The notes: a model not told the origin generated them from the letters alone. Numbered from the stretch's first letter, positions 1 through 11,725 are shown. The stretch: DNA of 64,000 nucleotides from Candidatus Oxydemutatoraceae bacterium (GCA_965219575.1 OZ244779.1:1132769-1196768); one strand, 5' to 3'. Numbers and translations: made by a program.

Positions 1-414
1 TAGGCGCGCGGCGGTGAAATTTGCCTCGGAGAGAATCGCATCGCTCAGGTCTGCATCGGATAGGTTTGTCTCGGAAAGATCCATTTGTTTAAGGTATATA
101 CGCTTCAAGTCAACACCTTTTCTAAGATCCAGTGTTTTCGGAGAAAGATCTATGCCCGCGAAAAGATTTTTAGCTACGGAGAACTCAAGTTTGTCGCCCA
201 CCGGTTCTTTTTGTGCTAGCAAGTATTTCAGAGCTTCAAGTTTGTCGTTATGGTTGGAGGTTTCATCATGAACAATTTCCCAATTATTTTCTATAACGCC
301 CTCCTTGAATAAATCGTCTTTTATTATAGCAATGATTGAGAAAAGGACGACTATTGAGACGAGGCCTATCCATAGTAGTTCGTAGTGCTGTGTTTTTAGT
401 TCGGATAATTTCAT
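1..414 (-). CDS. Membrane-anchored pentapeptide-repeat protein (3'-partial, runs off window)
   Basis: Manual translation from ATG at 414: MKLSELKTQHYELLWIGLVSIVVLFSIIAII... (N-terminal hydrophobic helix), then ...MDLSETNLSDADLSDAILSEANFTAARL (A(D/N)Lxx pentapeptides). No stop before position 1; 13 nt downstream of the HlyD-type gene. Confidence 0.75.
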   Translation of the reverse strand, partial: MKLSELKTQHYELLWIGLVSIVVLFSIIAIIKDDLFKEGVIENNWEIVHDETSNHNDKLEALKYLLAQKEPVGDKLEFSVAKNLFAGIDLSPKTLDLRKGVDLKRIYLKQMDLSETNLSDADLSDAILSEANFTAARL

Positions 415-427
415 CGCTTGTCTATTT

Positions 428-1231
428 TTACTCTGCTACATCAAACTTTGCAGTGCCGCTCATTCCTAATTTCAGCCCGTCTTGCGATTTGAATTTAAGC
501 AAAGCCTTGACGCTTTGGTCTAGCGGGTCAACCTCTTGCGATAAATCGGCTAGTTCGGCAGGGTAGTTTTCACCCATTATATCAATTTCTGCGGTATCGC
601 CGACCGAGAGCTTTTTCAGCCATACCCACGGTAAAAAGACCCGGAAATAAAAAGGTTGATTGTCGATAATTTCCATAACCGGTGCAAGCGCAGCAGCGGT
701 TTCGTATTCGCGCACCAGTATTTTGAGAACGCGCCCCGAAAACGGAGCGAGCAATCGGCAGTTCTTTGTGCGCTCGCGCATGTGGTTGAGTTTTGTCAGC
801 GCGAGTTCGGTTTTCAGTTTCAGCAATTCCAAAGTTTGCGGCGACACCGGTGTGTCTCTCGCTTCGCGTTGTTTTTTATCGTAGTCAAACTTTGCAACTT
901 CGTACGAGAATCTAGCTTCCTCGAGTGCGGTGCGCTCAATGGAGCAATCGAACTCGATCAGCAAGTCGTTCTTTTTGAATTGTGCGCCTTCCTCGGTATG
1001 TAACTTGGAGACGGTTGCGCTTATTTGACTATTTATTTTCAATCGGTTTTTTGCCATCACGATGCCGCGCCGAGTATAGTTTTCTGCGCTCGTGCCGGTA
1101 GCAGCCGGCATTTGTTGCGCCGGTTTCGCTTGCTCATTTTGGAGACGGTTCTTTTGTGCTTGTGGCTGTGAGCATAAAATGAATGTGAGTATAACCGATA
1201 AGAAAGTTATTTTGAAAAAACCGACACGCAT
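428..1231 (-). CDS. Efflux/secretion periplasmic adaptor (HlyD/RND membrane fusion protein family)
   Basis: N-terminal hydrophobic segment, lipoyl-like halves (ISATVSKLHTEEGAQFKKNDLLIEFD; LLAPFSGRV), alpha-hairpin, C-terminal LKLGMSG motif. Confidence 0.8.
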   Translation of the reverse strand: MRVGFFKITFLSVILTFILCSQPQAQKNRLQNEQAKPAQQMPAATGTSAENYTRRGIVMAKNRLKINSQISATVSKLHTEEGAQFKKNDLLIEFDCSIERTALEEARFSYEVAKFDYDKKQREARDTPVSPQTLELLKLKTELALTKLNHMRERTKNCRLLAPFSGRVLKILVREYETAAALAPVMEIIDNQPFYFRVFLPWVWLKKLSVGDTAEIDIMGENYPAELADLSQEVDPLDQSVKALLKFKSQDGLKLGMSGTAKFDVAE

Positions 1232-1239
1232 GGGTTACA

Positions 1240-2628
1240 CTAGTCGGACAATTTCAGTGCGATAAACAGAGGGCTCTCGCTGTTTCTGATTACCAGCAAC
1301 GCAACAAAGCGATCTTTAGGGAGTTCGTCTACGATATCTTTAAACTCCTCTACGGTTTCAAAACGTTGATTGTCCAACATAATCAATATGTCGCCTTTCT
1401 GTATACCCGCTCTTTCAGCGTCGCCGTCTGCTATGCTTTCTACGACTAAACCACCTTCCCTGAAGTTCGGTTTTTCTCGCTGTTCCGAATCCAGTTCTCC
1501 CAATTTCATGCCGAGTATCTCGGAATGTTCGGGTTTGGCTTCTGCGCCCATCGCAACAGCCCTATTCGACGGCAGTTGTTCAATCGTGACTTCTATGTCG
1601 ATTACTCGGTCGTCTCGCAGTATCTCTACGATTGCTTTTTCTCCCGCCGGCACGCTACCGACCGTGGGCGGCAGCATAGACGAAGACTCAATCTCCGTAT
1701 CGTTGAAGCGCAATACAACATCGCCTACTTCTATACCGGCTTTCTCCGCCGGGCTGTCTTTGATAACCCGACTAACCAATGCGCCTATCGGTCTGTCCAG
1801 ATTAAAAGACTCGGATAAGTCACTGGTGACTTCTTGTATATAGATGCCCAGCCATCCTCGCACGACTTTACCGGTATCTTTTAATTGACCGACTATATCG
1901 AGTGCGAGGTCTATAGGCACGGCAAAAGATAAACCGGAATAACTGCCGGTTCGGCTATAAATTTGGGAGTTAATGCCGACAACCTCGCCGTCTAAATTGA
2001 ACAGAGGCCCGCCCGAGTTGCCCGGATTAATCGCGACATCGGTTTGCAGAAAGGGTACATAGTTGCTGTCCGGCAAGCTACGCCCTTTGGCACTGACGAT
2101 GCCGGCGGTGACGGTATAATCAAAGCCGAAAGGCGCACCGATGGCAAGCACCCATTGTCCGACTTTTAAGGATTCCGAAGACCCCATCTTCAGGGTCGGT
2201 AAGTTCTCGGCGTCTATTTTCAAAAGTACGACATCGCTGAGTTCGTCGGAACCTATGACCTCGGCGCGCATCTCGCGACGGTCGCTTAATTTGACGATGA
2301 TTTGATCTGCATTCTTGACGACATGATGATTGCTGATAATCTCTCCGTCGGGGCTGATGATGAAACCCGAACCTACCGAATTTTTATTGCGCGGTTGTGG
2401 CACTTCATCGGGTGGCATGAATCTTTCTATAAAGTCTTCCCACGGGATATTATTAGGAAACTCTTCGGGTTTTTGTATTGTTCTTTTGCTAGGCTTATTG
2501 ATGACGCTGATATTGACGACCGCCGGTGCTGCGCGCTCGGCGAGCTCGGAGAAATCCGGTAGCGAGGTCTGTGCCGATAGCGGCGGACAGATTAGAACGG
2601 CAATCAGAATATATAGATATCGTTTCAT
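1240..2628 (-). CDS. mucD: DegP/DegQ/MucD-family periplasmic serine protease with two PDZ domains
   Basis: GSGFII, SNHHVV, TDVAINPGNSGGPL catalytic motifs and two PDZ domains. Start taken at ATG 2628 (signal peptide MKRYLYILIAVLICPPLSAQ; ATGA overlap with rseC). Confidence 0.9.
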   Translation of the reverse strand: MKRYLYILIAVLICPPLSAQTSLPDFSELAERAAPAVVNISVINKPSKRTIQKPEEFPNNIPWEDFIERFMPPDEVPQPRNKNSVGSGFIISPDGEIISNHHVVKNADQIIVKLSDRREMRAEVIGSDELSDVVLLKIDAENLPTLKMGSSESLKVGQWVLAIGAPFGFDYTVTAGIVSAKGRSLPDSNYVPFLQTDVAINPGNSGGPLFNLDGEVVGINSQIYSRTGSYSGLSFAVPIDLALDIVGQLKDTGKVVRGWLGIYIQEVTSDLSESFNLDRPIGALVSRVIKDSPAEKAGIEVGDVVLRFNDTEIESSSMLPPTVGSVPAGEKAIVEILRDDRVIDIEVTIEQLPSNRAVAMGAEAKPEHSEILGMKLGELDSEQREKPNFREGGLVVESIADGDAERAGIQKGDILIMLDNQRFETVEEFKDIVDELPKDRFVALLVIRNSESPLFIALKLSD

Positions 2629-3077
2629 CGGGTTAATTGAATGCCGAATAAATCGAGAGAAAACAGCCACCGCTTTATCAATAGATAGGAGGCTGAAACG
2701 CTACCTAGTCCTATGACGGCAGTCAGCCATTCCATGCCCAACAGCAGATGAGTGACAGATGCGGTAATCACGAGCATCGCTACGGGCAAGCCGTAACAAA
2801 ATGCGGCAACTTTAAGCAAAGTATCCGAATGAATTGCAAGTCGCACTTCGGTTCCGCTTTCAAAAAGATGCTTGGTAGGCACTTGCCAAATATCGCGATG
2901 ACGTGAAAAAATGGCACCGAAAGTGTATAGTGCGCAGATGCTCTGCTTGGATCCACCACAGCCCTCGCAACCGTCGTTATCGGTATGGACGCGTAGTGTT
3001 GCGACACCGTCTTTGCATTGTATGACGGTTGCGTGCTTAAGCCACCAAAATGTGTCATTCGTTTTGTTTTGCATCAA
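2625..3077 (-). CDS. rseC: RseC/MucC-family membrane protein
   Basis: CEGCGG...C motif, 'Y-G-L-P' motif, two TM helices; sits directly upstream of mucD as in rseC-mucD operons. Confidence 0.75.
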   Translation of the reverse strand: MMQNKTNDTFWWLKHATVIQCKDGVATLRVHTDNDGCEGCGGSKQSICALYTFGAIFSRHRDIWQVPTKHLFESGTEVRLAIHSDTLLKVAAFCYGLPVAMLVITASVTHLLLGMEWLTAVIGLGSVSASYLLIKRWLFSLDLFGIQLTR

Positions 3078-3635
3078 TCAAATACTCGTGCTTGCTTGTA
3101 TAAAATGTTTTTTATAATGTTTAAGTTCCTCTATCGAACCGTAGATATCTTGTCTTGCGCGATGGCTGGTAATTTTATCGCTCTGATAGACGATATCGGG
3201 ATCCCAACGAGATGCCAACTCTTTGAGTGTGCTGACATCCAGGTTCCTATAATGAAAAAATCTTTCAAGTTCGGGCATCAGGCGAGCGAGAAAGCGGCGG
3301 TCTTGGCATATACTGTTGCCGCACATGGGGGAACAATTTGCAGCGACGTATTGCTTTAGAAATTTAAGCGTTCGCGCCTCGGCTTGTTTGGCATCGATGT
3401 TACTTTGTCTGACCTCGTCCACTAAGCCCGAAGCGGTATGGTGTTTTTTGTTCCAGTGATCCATCTGTTCAAGTATATCATCGGACTGATGAATCACCAG
3501 TTCCGGCCCCTCCCCGATAATATCCAATGCTTTATCCGTGATTATAGTCGCTATCTCTATTATATAATCGCAGGAACAATCCAAACCTGTCATTTCAAGA
3601 TCTATCCAAATTAGGTTAAACTTATCAACCGCCAT
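3078..3635 (-). CDS. orn: Oligoribonuclease
   Basis: LIWIDLEMTGL, CGNSICQDRRFL, HYRNLDVSTLKEL, HRA motifs. Confidence 0.97.
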   Translation of the reverse strand: MAVDKFNLIWIDLEMTGLDCSCDYIIEIATIITDKALDIIGEGPELVIHQSDDILEQMDHWNKKHHTASGLVDEVRQSNIDAKQAEARTLKFLKQYVAANCSPMCGNSICQDRRFLARLMPELERFFHYRNLDVSTLKELASRWDPDIVYQSDKITSHRARQDIYGSIEELKHYKKHFIQASTSI

Positions 3636-3661
3636 AGGAACTCATTATAAATGAAAAAGCA

Positions 3662-3955
3662 ATGATTAAAAAAATTCTTTATACGACTATATGTGCCATG
3701 CTCAATATAGCCATAGCTGCAAACGACAGCATACCACCGCACTATAGTGCCGAATGTGTTGCTTGTCATGAACAAATGGTAAGCGGTGATGCAAAAGTTT
3801 TATATACGCGCAAGGATCGCCTTGCTAGAAATTATGAGGAATTGCAACGGCGCGTGCGTTATTGTAAGGATCAGCTCAAACTCGACTGGAGCGAAGAACA
3901 AACGCGTACCGTCGTAGAATATCTAGCAAAAAATTATTACGATTACCAGCCGTAG
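3662..3955 (+). CDS. Small periplasmic monoheme cytochrome c
   Basis: Signal peptide, single CVACH heme-binding motif, C-terminal ...VVEYLAKNYY helix. Confidence 0.75.
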   Translation: MIKKILYTTICAMLNIAIAANDSIPPHYSAECVACHEQMVSGDAKVLYTRKDRLARNYEELQRRVRYCKDQLKLDWSEEQTRTVVEYLAKNYYDYQP

Positions 3956-4000
3956 AGATAGAATAGAACCGCCGATTGACCTACTGATATCGACCGAAAC

Positions 4001-4279
4001 CTATAGAAACCTTATCATCAATCCAACTGCTGCGATGACTACTATAATGTTGACTGCAGCAACCGCGTATATTAGCTTCGCTAACCTAGTCTCAAGTTCT
4101 GCTAAATCTTTTTTTGTAGCCATATCTTTTATGTCAGCTCTAGTTTCTGCTTTTAACTCTGTTATATCTGCCTTAGTCGCTACATTTTTATTGCTTGCAA
4201 CATCGGCTACCGCTTTCTCCGCTTCATCGGGTTCAAGACCTAGCTTAGTAAGTGCATTATATAGGGCTATTTCGAACAT
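4001..4279 (-). CDS. Small coiled-coil protein with C-terminal membrane anchor (DUF1640/CCDC90-like)
   Basis: Helical head, ATKADI/ATKKDL neck motifs, hydrophobic C-terminus; clear paralogue of 38598..38840; GGAG RBS upstream. Confidence 0.7.
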   Translation of the reverse strand: MFEIALYNALTKLGLEPDEAEKAVADVASNKNVATKADITELKAETRADIKDMATKKDLAELETRLAKLIYAVAAVNIIVVIAAVGLMIRFL

Positions 4280-4378
4280 TTCTATTCTCTCCTTTTATGG
4301 TGTCAAGCTAATAGCATAACTGATTATTCGTTAATTGCTTGTATATTATCTTACATAACATATGATCCTCGTGCAAAC

Positions 4379-5191
4379 TTAACTGCGCGCCATCGTGTAT
4401 CGTGGGTGTCCGGCAATGTCTTCGAGACAATCAATATCGTCAAAGCCTGCCTCTCGCATCAGGCGTTCCACCGTTTCGGCTTGTCTGCAACCGTGTTCTA
4501 CGAGTAGCGTGCCGTGCTTAAGAAGATGCTGTTCGGCATCGATGATAATTGTGCTCAACTCGGCGATACCGTTGTCTTTTGCATACAAGGCAAGGTCGGG
4601 TTCCGCTGCGATTGCGTCTCGGTCTGCCTCACTATCGTCGAATCCAATATAAGGCGGATTGGCAACAATCCAATCGAAACATCCGTTTATGTTTTGGTAC
4701 CAGTCGCTCTGCACGAAAGTGATATCGCACCGATGAAGTTGTGCATTGCTTTGTGCAACATCCAGCGCGCTCGAGGATATGTCGCTCGCCACGATATGCA
4801 AATCGGGGCGGTGGCAAGCGATGGCAACTGCGATATTGCCACACCCGGTACCCAGATCCAGCAACCGTGCATCGGGCAACATAGAGTTAATCGCACATTC
4901 AACTGCAATCTCCGTTTCCGGGCGCGGTATCAATACCGTCTCGTCGACTAAGAAGTCTAAGCCGTAGAATTCTCGGTAGCCCTTTAAGTAGGCTAGGGGT
5001 TTGCCGGTTTTGCGTTTGTCGGTAAGCTCGCTCAATCGACTACTTTGGGCGCAGTTAAGTTGATATTCGGGGTGTGAATAAAGCCACGAAAGATCTTTGC
5101 CCAAAACATGGCTCAACAGGTAATCGCCCTCGCCGGAGTCGTAATCAAGTACTGCCTGTATATAGTGTCGTGCGGTTTGTATGTCCATCAT
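4379..5191 (-). CDS. prmC: Release factor glutamine methyltransferase
   Basis: [21 protein letters not shown] motifs; follows prfA. Confidence 0.95.
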   Translation of the reverse strand: MMDIQTARHYIQAVLDYDSGEGDYLLSHVLGKDLSWLYSHPEYQLNCAQSSRLSELTDKRKTGKPLAYLKGYREFYGLDFLVDETVLIPRPETEIAVECAINSMLPDARLLDLGTGCGNIAVAIACHRPDLHIVASDISSSALDVAQSNAQLHRCDITFVQSDWYQNINGCFDWIVANPPYIGFDDSEADRDAIAAEPDLALYAKDNGIAELSTIIIDAEQHLLKHGTLLVEHGCRQAETVERLMREAGFDDIDCLEDIAGHPRYTMARS

Positions 5192-6273
5192 TCTTTGATG
5201 AGTGCGGTTAGCAAATCGGCATGGTGTTCGTTGACCAACGGCGTGATTAGCATGTCTAAGTCGCCCTCCAGTAATTGCGGTAACTGGTAGAGTGTCAAGG
5301 CAATGCGGTGGTCGGTGACCCGACCCTGCGGAAAGTTATAAGTGCGGATGCGCTCGGAGCGATCGCCGCTACCGACTAAATTGCGGCGGTTCTCGGCGTG
5401 TTCTTGCTCTTGCTTACGCCGCTCTGCGTCTAGGAGCTTGGCTTGCAATAATGAGATTGCGCGCATTTTATTTTTATGCTGCGAACGCTCGTCCTGACAT
5501 TCAACGACGATGCCGCTCGGTTGATGGGTGAGGCGGATTGCCGAATCGGTTTTATTGACATGCTGTCCGCCGGCTCCGGATGCCCTGAAGGTATCGATGC
5601 GTACTTCGCTCATATCGATCTCTATGTGGTCTATTTCTTGCGCTTCGGGCATCACTGCGACGGTTGCCGCCGAAGTATGGATGCGCCCTTGCGACTCGGT
5701 TTCCGGTACGCGCTGCACGCGATGTGCGCCCGACTCGAATTTAAGGCAAGAATAAACCGCGTCGCCTTTGATTCTGGAGATAATCTCCTTGAACCCTCCG
5801 TGGTCTCCCTCGTTGACATTTAATATCTCTATCCGCCATCGCTTTTTTTCCACATAACGACTGTACATCCGAAATAGGTCGCCGGCGAAAATAGCGGCTT
5901 CGTCGCCGCCGGTGCCGGCTCGAATTTCTAAAAATATATTTGCTTGGTCGTGTGGGTCTTCGGGGATTAGCAACTGTAGCAACTCGTGTTCCAGTGTTGT
6001 TTGCCGTTGTTGCAAATCTTTGATTTCCTCCTGTGCGACAACGCGCAGCGCATCGTCCGGTTCGTTTAGTAACTCTTCGGTTTCATGGATTTTATCGTTG
6101 CAGTCGCGATATGCCTCGTAGTGTTTGACGATTGCATCCAAGTGCGCGTATTCTTGCCCGAGCTTTTTATACTGCGCGTGATCTTGTATGACCTCGGGGT
6201 CGGCTAATTGCGAGGCAATCTGCCTGTGATGCTCGGATGCGGCATCTAATTTTTTGAGTATCGAAGGCTTCAT
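5188..6273 (-). CDS. prfA: Peptide chain release factor 1
   Basis: GGQ motif ([13 protein letters not shown]), PET anticodon loop, [11 protein letters not shown]. Confidence 0.98.
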   Translation of the reverse strand: MKPSILKKLDAASEHHRQIASQLADPEVIQDHAQYKKLGQEYAHLDAIVKHYEAYRDCNDKIHETEELLNEPDDALRVVAQEEIKDLQQRQTTLEHELLQLLIPEDPHDQANIFLEIRAGTGGDEAAIFAGDLFRMYSRYVEKKRWRIEILNVNEGDHGGFKEIISRIKGDAVYSCLKFESGAHRVQRVPETESQGRIHTSAATVAVMPEAQEIDHIEIDMSEVRIDTFRASGAGGQHVNKTDSAIRLTHQPSGIVVECQDERSQHKNKMRAISLLQAKLLDAERRKQEQEHAENRRNLVGSGDRSERIRTYNFPQGRVTDHRIALTLYQLPQLLEGDLDMLITPLVNEHHADLLTALIKE

Positions 6274-7535
6274 TGATCTATACTCGGGTCATTATACAAT
6301 CGGGTTGCAGCGCGGATTAAATCGGCATCGCCGCTTGTGGCAGCTTTATTGAGCGTTTCAATTGTTCGGTGCATCAGTTTAGCGGTTAGTGTATGTTTTA
6401 GATATTCTAAAGCCTCTGCAGGGTTTTTACCGTGTTCAATCAGCGCAAGCGACTTTTGATATACATCGGCACTTTGTTCGTCGGCTTCGGCTTTGAGCTT
6501 GGCAATCATCTGTGCCACTTGTCTGGTGTTCAGCCACCGCATAAAGTTTTGAATCTCGTATTCGATAATTTTCTGTGCTTCGCCGACATTGCTTATGCGA
6601 TGATGCTTGTTGATATCTACGATTTGGGTTATGTTCTCCAGTGTATAAAGATAAACATTTTCTATCTCTGCAACCGCAGATTCTATATCCCGAGGCAACG
6701 CTAGGTCAACGATGCATAAAGGGTTTTGCTTGCGCCGTTTCAATGCTTGCTCGACTGCCGTTGTTCCGAGTATTGCATCCTTGCTCGCCGTGCAACTGAT
6801 AATCAAGTCGAAGCGGTGCAGCGACTCGGAAATTTCATTAAAGGGGAGAGTGTCCGCATCTAGCTGTGATGCCAGTTTTTCGGCATTTTGCAGTGAGCGG
6901 CTAGCGATAGTTAGAGTGCCGATGTCTTGGCTTTTGAGCTGCAAGGCGGTCGCTTTTATCATGTCGCCGGAACCGATCATCAAGGCGTGGCGCGAAGATA
7001 GTTTCGCAAAGATTTTCTGAGGCACCGCAACCGCAATAGAAGGATACGAAGTCTTATATTGCCCTAAAGCCGTCTCGCTGCGTACCCGCTTGGCGGTGTA
7101 CAAAGCGCATTCAAATAACTTGTTCAATACGGTATTGGTGCGGTTGCTCGATAATGCAGTTTGATACGCCGTTTTAACCTGCCCTAAGATTTGCGGTTCA
7201 CCGACAATCTCCGATTTAAGACTGCCGGCAACTTCAAATAAATGACGCACCGCTGCGACATCGCCCAGCTGAAAAAAATACTCTGCGTTGTCGGCGTAGC
7301 CGATGCCTCTTCGGGCGCATAACCATTTTATAAGCTGCTCCGCTTGAACATCGTCCGACATCTCTACATAAAGCTCGCAACGGTTGCAGGTAGAAATTAT
7401 CACACCGTATCTGATGCGCAACTGCTTCTCAAGTTCGGATAACGCACCGTGAATGGAGTCCGCAGGCAAACTGAGTTGCTCGCGAATTGCAAACGGAGCC
7501 GTATGATGATTGAGACCGACGACAGCTAAACTCAT
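6270..7535 (-). CDS. hemA: Glutamyl-tRNA reductase
   Basis: [31 protein letters not shown]; hemA-prfA-prmC synteny. Confidence 0.95.
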   Translation of the reverse strand: MSLAVVGLNHHTAPFAIREQLSLPADSIHGALSELEKQLRIRYGVIISTCNRCELYVEMSDDVQAEQLIKWLCARRGIGYADNAEYFFQLGDVAAVRHLFEVAGSLKSEIVGEPQILGQVKTAYQTALSSNRTNTVLNKLFECALYTAKRVRSETALGQYKTSYPSIAVAVPQKIFAKLSSRHALMIGSGDMIKATALQLKSQDIGTLTIASRSLQNAEKLASQLDADTLPFNEISESLHRFDLIISCTASKDAILGTTAVEQALKRRKQNPLCIVDLALPRDIESAVAEIENVYLYTLENITQIVDINKHHRISNVGEAQKIIEYEIQNFMRWLNTRQVAQMIAKLKAEADEQSADVYQKSLALIEHGKNPAEALEYLKHTLTAKLMHRTIETLNKAATSGDADLIRAATRLYNDPSIDQ

Positions 7536-7622
7536 TGCTACTATATAATTAAAGGATGCGATTGTGGATGCGTAAAGCGTAGTTTAGCAGATATACGATA
7601 GTCTCTGTACTTTAGGCGGACC

Positions 7623-7670
7623 ATTCCCCTCCTGTGGAGGGGTGGCAGGCTGTGCCTGACGAGGTGGTTG
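7623..7670 (+). repeat. Family-A double-hairpin repeat (TTCCCCTCCnnnGGAGGGGTGGCAGGCnnnGCCTGACGGGGTGGT)
   Basis: Same ~46-bp unit recurs at 10722, 10802, 10870, 11112/11157 (partial, reverse), 13015, 13082, 18458 (reverse), 23688, 29031, 29106. Confidence 0.85.
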
Positions 7671-7677
7671 TGTCGTT

Positions 7678-7972
7678 GGGGCTGTTGAAAAAGTATTTCA
7701 TAAAGTTATAGGGGCGGAACAGGGTCGCCGATTGAGCCAGTAGGTCAATCGGCAATTATGATGTCTGCCCGAAACGCGTTGCGCCTGCACAATTTATACA
7801 TTTATTCACCCGATTTATGGAAACCAAAACCATACGGCGCAAGCGGTTGGTGTCGTGCAGAACGGTACTTAAGGGCAGACACACAGGTCTGCCCCTACGG
7901 CTTGGTGGTTATTATAAATTCACGGCGCAAGCGGTTACCGTTGCACGCTGACGATACTTTTTCAACAGCCCC
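7678..7972. mobile_element. MITE with 19-bp terminal inverted repeats, carrying REP-like palindromes
   Basis: GGGGCTGTTGAAAAAGTAT (7678-7696) / ATACTTTTTCAACAGCCCC (7954-7972); internal segments shared with copies at 14430, 18346, 19860, 29060, 38852. Confidence 0.85.
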
Positions 7973-8071
7973 ACATTACTACTTTGCGCTTACACTGCGG
8001 CAGCATCACCTTGCTTTATTTTAGATAATATGGAAAATATAGGATTTCTAACTAAACACGGAGAGATAACT

Positions 8072-8302
8072 ATGTCGGAATTTGATCAAGAATTGGATAC
8101 TTGTGGCTTAAATTGTCCTTTGCCGATATTGCACGCTAAGAAAACTTTGGCAAAAATGGAACAAGGTCGAGTTTTGCATATCATCTCAACCGACGCAGGC
8201 TCGGTTAAAGACTTTGAAGCGTTTTCCAAGCAGACCGGAAACGAATTGCTTGAATCTAAAGAAGAGGGCGGTAAATTTTACTTTTTAATCAAAAAGGCAT
8301 GA
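8072..8302 (+). CDS. tusA: TusA/SirA-family sulfur carrier
   Basis: LDTCGLNCPLP (CPxP) motif; start taken at ATG 8072 behind GGAG. Confidence 0.85.
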   Translation: MSEFDQELDTCGLNCPLPILHAKKTLAKMEQGRVLHIISTDAGSVKDFEAFSKQTGNELLESKEEGGKFYFLIKKA

Positions 8303-8348
8303 TAATCAATTTATCGGGGTGTTTGATTCTGATGCGATGTGAGTGTGC

Positions 8349-9880
<1,532 letters not shown>

Positions 9881-9886
9881 GCGATA

Positions 9887-10669
9887 ATGCAACAAGTCAA
9901 AGGCAAGGCACTAAAGAAAGGCATATTCTTATTGCCTAGTTTGGTTACTATAGCTTCCTTGTTTAGCGGTGTGTATGCAATGATCATGGCATACGCGGGA
10001 GACTACGAGCGCGCGGCGATTTTCGGTTTGCTTTGCGTTCTGCTCGACGGCATAGACGGCAATGTCGCACGGCTGACCCATACCGTGAGTCGTTTCGGTG
10101 CCGAACTCGATAGTCTGACCGATGTCGTTGTATTCGGGTGTATTCCGGCACTGATTATTTATCAATGGTCGTTAATCCATATTAGCGAGACCGGCTGGTT
10201 GCTCGCTAAAATAGGCTGGCTGGTGGTCTTTTTTTATATTGCCATGACGGTAATAAGATTAGCGCGTTTCAACTCTCAGCAAGATACCCTGAAGAAATAC
10301 TTTAGAGGCATGCCGTGCCCTGCAGCGGCAACCTTATTAATGAGCTTCGTATGGGTATGGGAAGACATGGGTTATAGCGGTATCGAAGCCATAGGTCTAA
10401 GCTGTGTTATTTTGCTTTTAAGCGGTATCGCGATGATTAGCAACCTGAGCTACTACAGCATCAAGCAAATAGAGATCAGCAGGGTGTCTTTGACCGGTAT
10501 ATTGGCGGCGGTAAGCCTGCTGATTATAGTCTCTTTGGACATTCCCAAGGTTATCCTTTTTCTATCGCTGTTATATCTATTTTCCGGACCTTCTTTGTGG
10601 TTATCCAGACTATTCAAGAGACGCATTTCGTATAAGCGCACACTGCCATCCACTCGCATAGGCAAATAA
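9887..10669 (+). CDS. pssA: CDP-diacylglycerol--serine O-phosphatidyltransferase
   Basis: DGIDGNVARLT...FGAELDSLTD CDP-alcohol phosphotransferase motif, RLARFN; ilvC-pssA synteny. Confidence 0.9.
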   Translation: MQQVKGKALKKGIFLLPSLVTIASLFSGVYAMIMAYAGDYERAAIFGLLCVLLDGIDGNVARLTHTVSRFGAELDSLTDVVVFGCIPALIIYQWSLIHISETGWLLAKIGWLVVFFYIAMTVIRLARFNSQQDTLKKYFRGMPCPAAATLLMSFVWVWEDMGYSGIEAIGLSCVILLLSGIAMISNLSYYSIKQIEISRVSLTGILAAVSLLIIVSLDIPKVILFLSLLYLFSGPSLWLSRLFKRRISYKRTLPSTRIGK

Positions 10670-10708
10670 TACTGTAATCTATGAATAGGAGTAACTCCGA
10701 TGCCAAAG

Positions 10709-10918
10709 GCAGTGTCGGTACATTCCCCTCCTTCGGAGGGGTGGCAGGCTGTGCCTGACGGGGTGGTCGCATCGTGTCTGCGACAAGTGCAGTGTTGGTA
10801 CATTCCCCTCCTCTGGAGGGGTGGCAGGCGCAGCCTGACGGTGTGGTCGTGCCGTATCTGCACTGCTTAATTCCCCTCCTCTGGAGGGGTGTCAGGCGAA
10901 GCCTGACGGGGTGGTTGC
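10709..10918 (+). repeat. Three tandem family-A repeats
   Basis: Units at 10722-10767, 10802-10847 and 10870-10915; the first two are at an 80-bp period, including the GCAGTGT(C/T)GGTAC flank. Confidence 0.9.
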
Positions 10919-10942
10919 AGAAGTTTCTGCACAAATATAATT

Positions 10943-11108
10943 TGGTTTCGTTCAATAAAAGAGGCAAGAGAGACTATAGAAGACTAGCGTATAGATTATA
11001 ATGAAGTGCGTCCGCACAGCGCATTGGGTTATCAACTCCCGAGTGTATTTGCGGAGGCAATAGCATGAAAACTAATTTTGCAAGTGGTCCTAAAAATGGG
11101 TAACGTCA
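10943..11108 (+). pseudogene. IS3-family transposase OrfB C-terminal remnant with right end
   Basis: Manual translation WFRSIKEARETIED*RIDYNEVRPHSALGYQLPSVFAEAIA* (TAG at 10985 where W is expected), then a terminus ending GGTAACGTCA (CA-3' end typical of IS3). Confidence 0.85.
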
Positions 11109-11200
11109 ACACGACCACCCCTCCAAAGGAGGGGAATTGGTTAGTGCAGATACGCCACGACCACCCCTCCGAAGGAAGGGAATTAGCTTGTTCCACCACG

Positions 11201-11725
11201 CTACGCACGCTCGTGTAATCTCGGCATCAGTTCGACCAGATTGCAAGGACGGGTTCGGTAATCCAGTTGGTGGCAGATGATTTTGTCCCACGCCTCGGCG
11301 CATGCACCGGGTGAGCCCGGCAAGCAAAAGAGGTAGGTTGCATTTGCTACACCCGCCAATGCCCGCGACTGCAAGGTTGAGGTCTTAATCGTCTGGTAGG
11401 ATAAAGCTCTGAAAGTCTCGCCGAAACCTGCAATCTCTTTATCCAGTAATACCGAAATTGCCTCGGGGGTTCCGTCTCGTCCGGTTACCCCGGTGCCGCC
11501 ACTACTGATAACGACTTGCACTTGTGCATCGGCAATCCATTGTGAGACCTGGGCGCGGATTTGATAGATATCGTCGCGCACGATTTGCTGGTCGTGAATC
11601 AGATGTCCGCCATCGGTAACCCGTTGTTTCAGCACTTGTCCCGAACGATCGTCGGCGGGCGTGCGACTATCGGAAACGGTTAATAAAGCGATATTTAGCG
11701 GTATAAAATCTCGTTCTTTGTTCAT
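11201..11725 (-). CDS. moaB: Molybdenum cofactor biosynthesis protein B
   Basis: LTVSDSR, SGGTGVTGRDGTPEA, LPGSPGAC, RPCNLVE; start taken at ATG 11725. Confidence 0.95.
   Translation of the reverse strand: MNKERDFIPLNIALLTVSDSRTPADDRSGQVLKQRVTDGGHLIHDQQIVRDDIYQIRAQVSQWIADAQVQVVISSGGTGVTGRDGTPEAISVLLDKEIAGFGETFRALSYQTIKTSTLQSRALAGVANATYLFCLPGSPGACAEAWDKIICHQLDYRTRPCNLVELMPRLHERA

Noticed and set aside
10709-10918. Three repeats with short spacers resembling a CRISPR array
   Set aside because: Units are ~46-bp double hairpins dispersed across the window in both orientations, spacers are related to one another, and there are no cas genes or leader.
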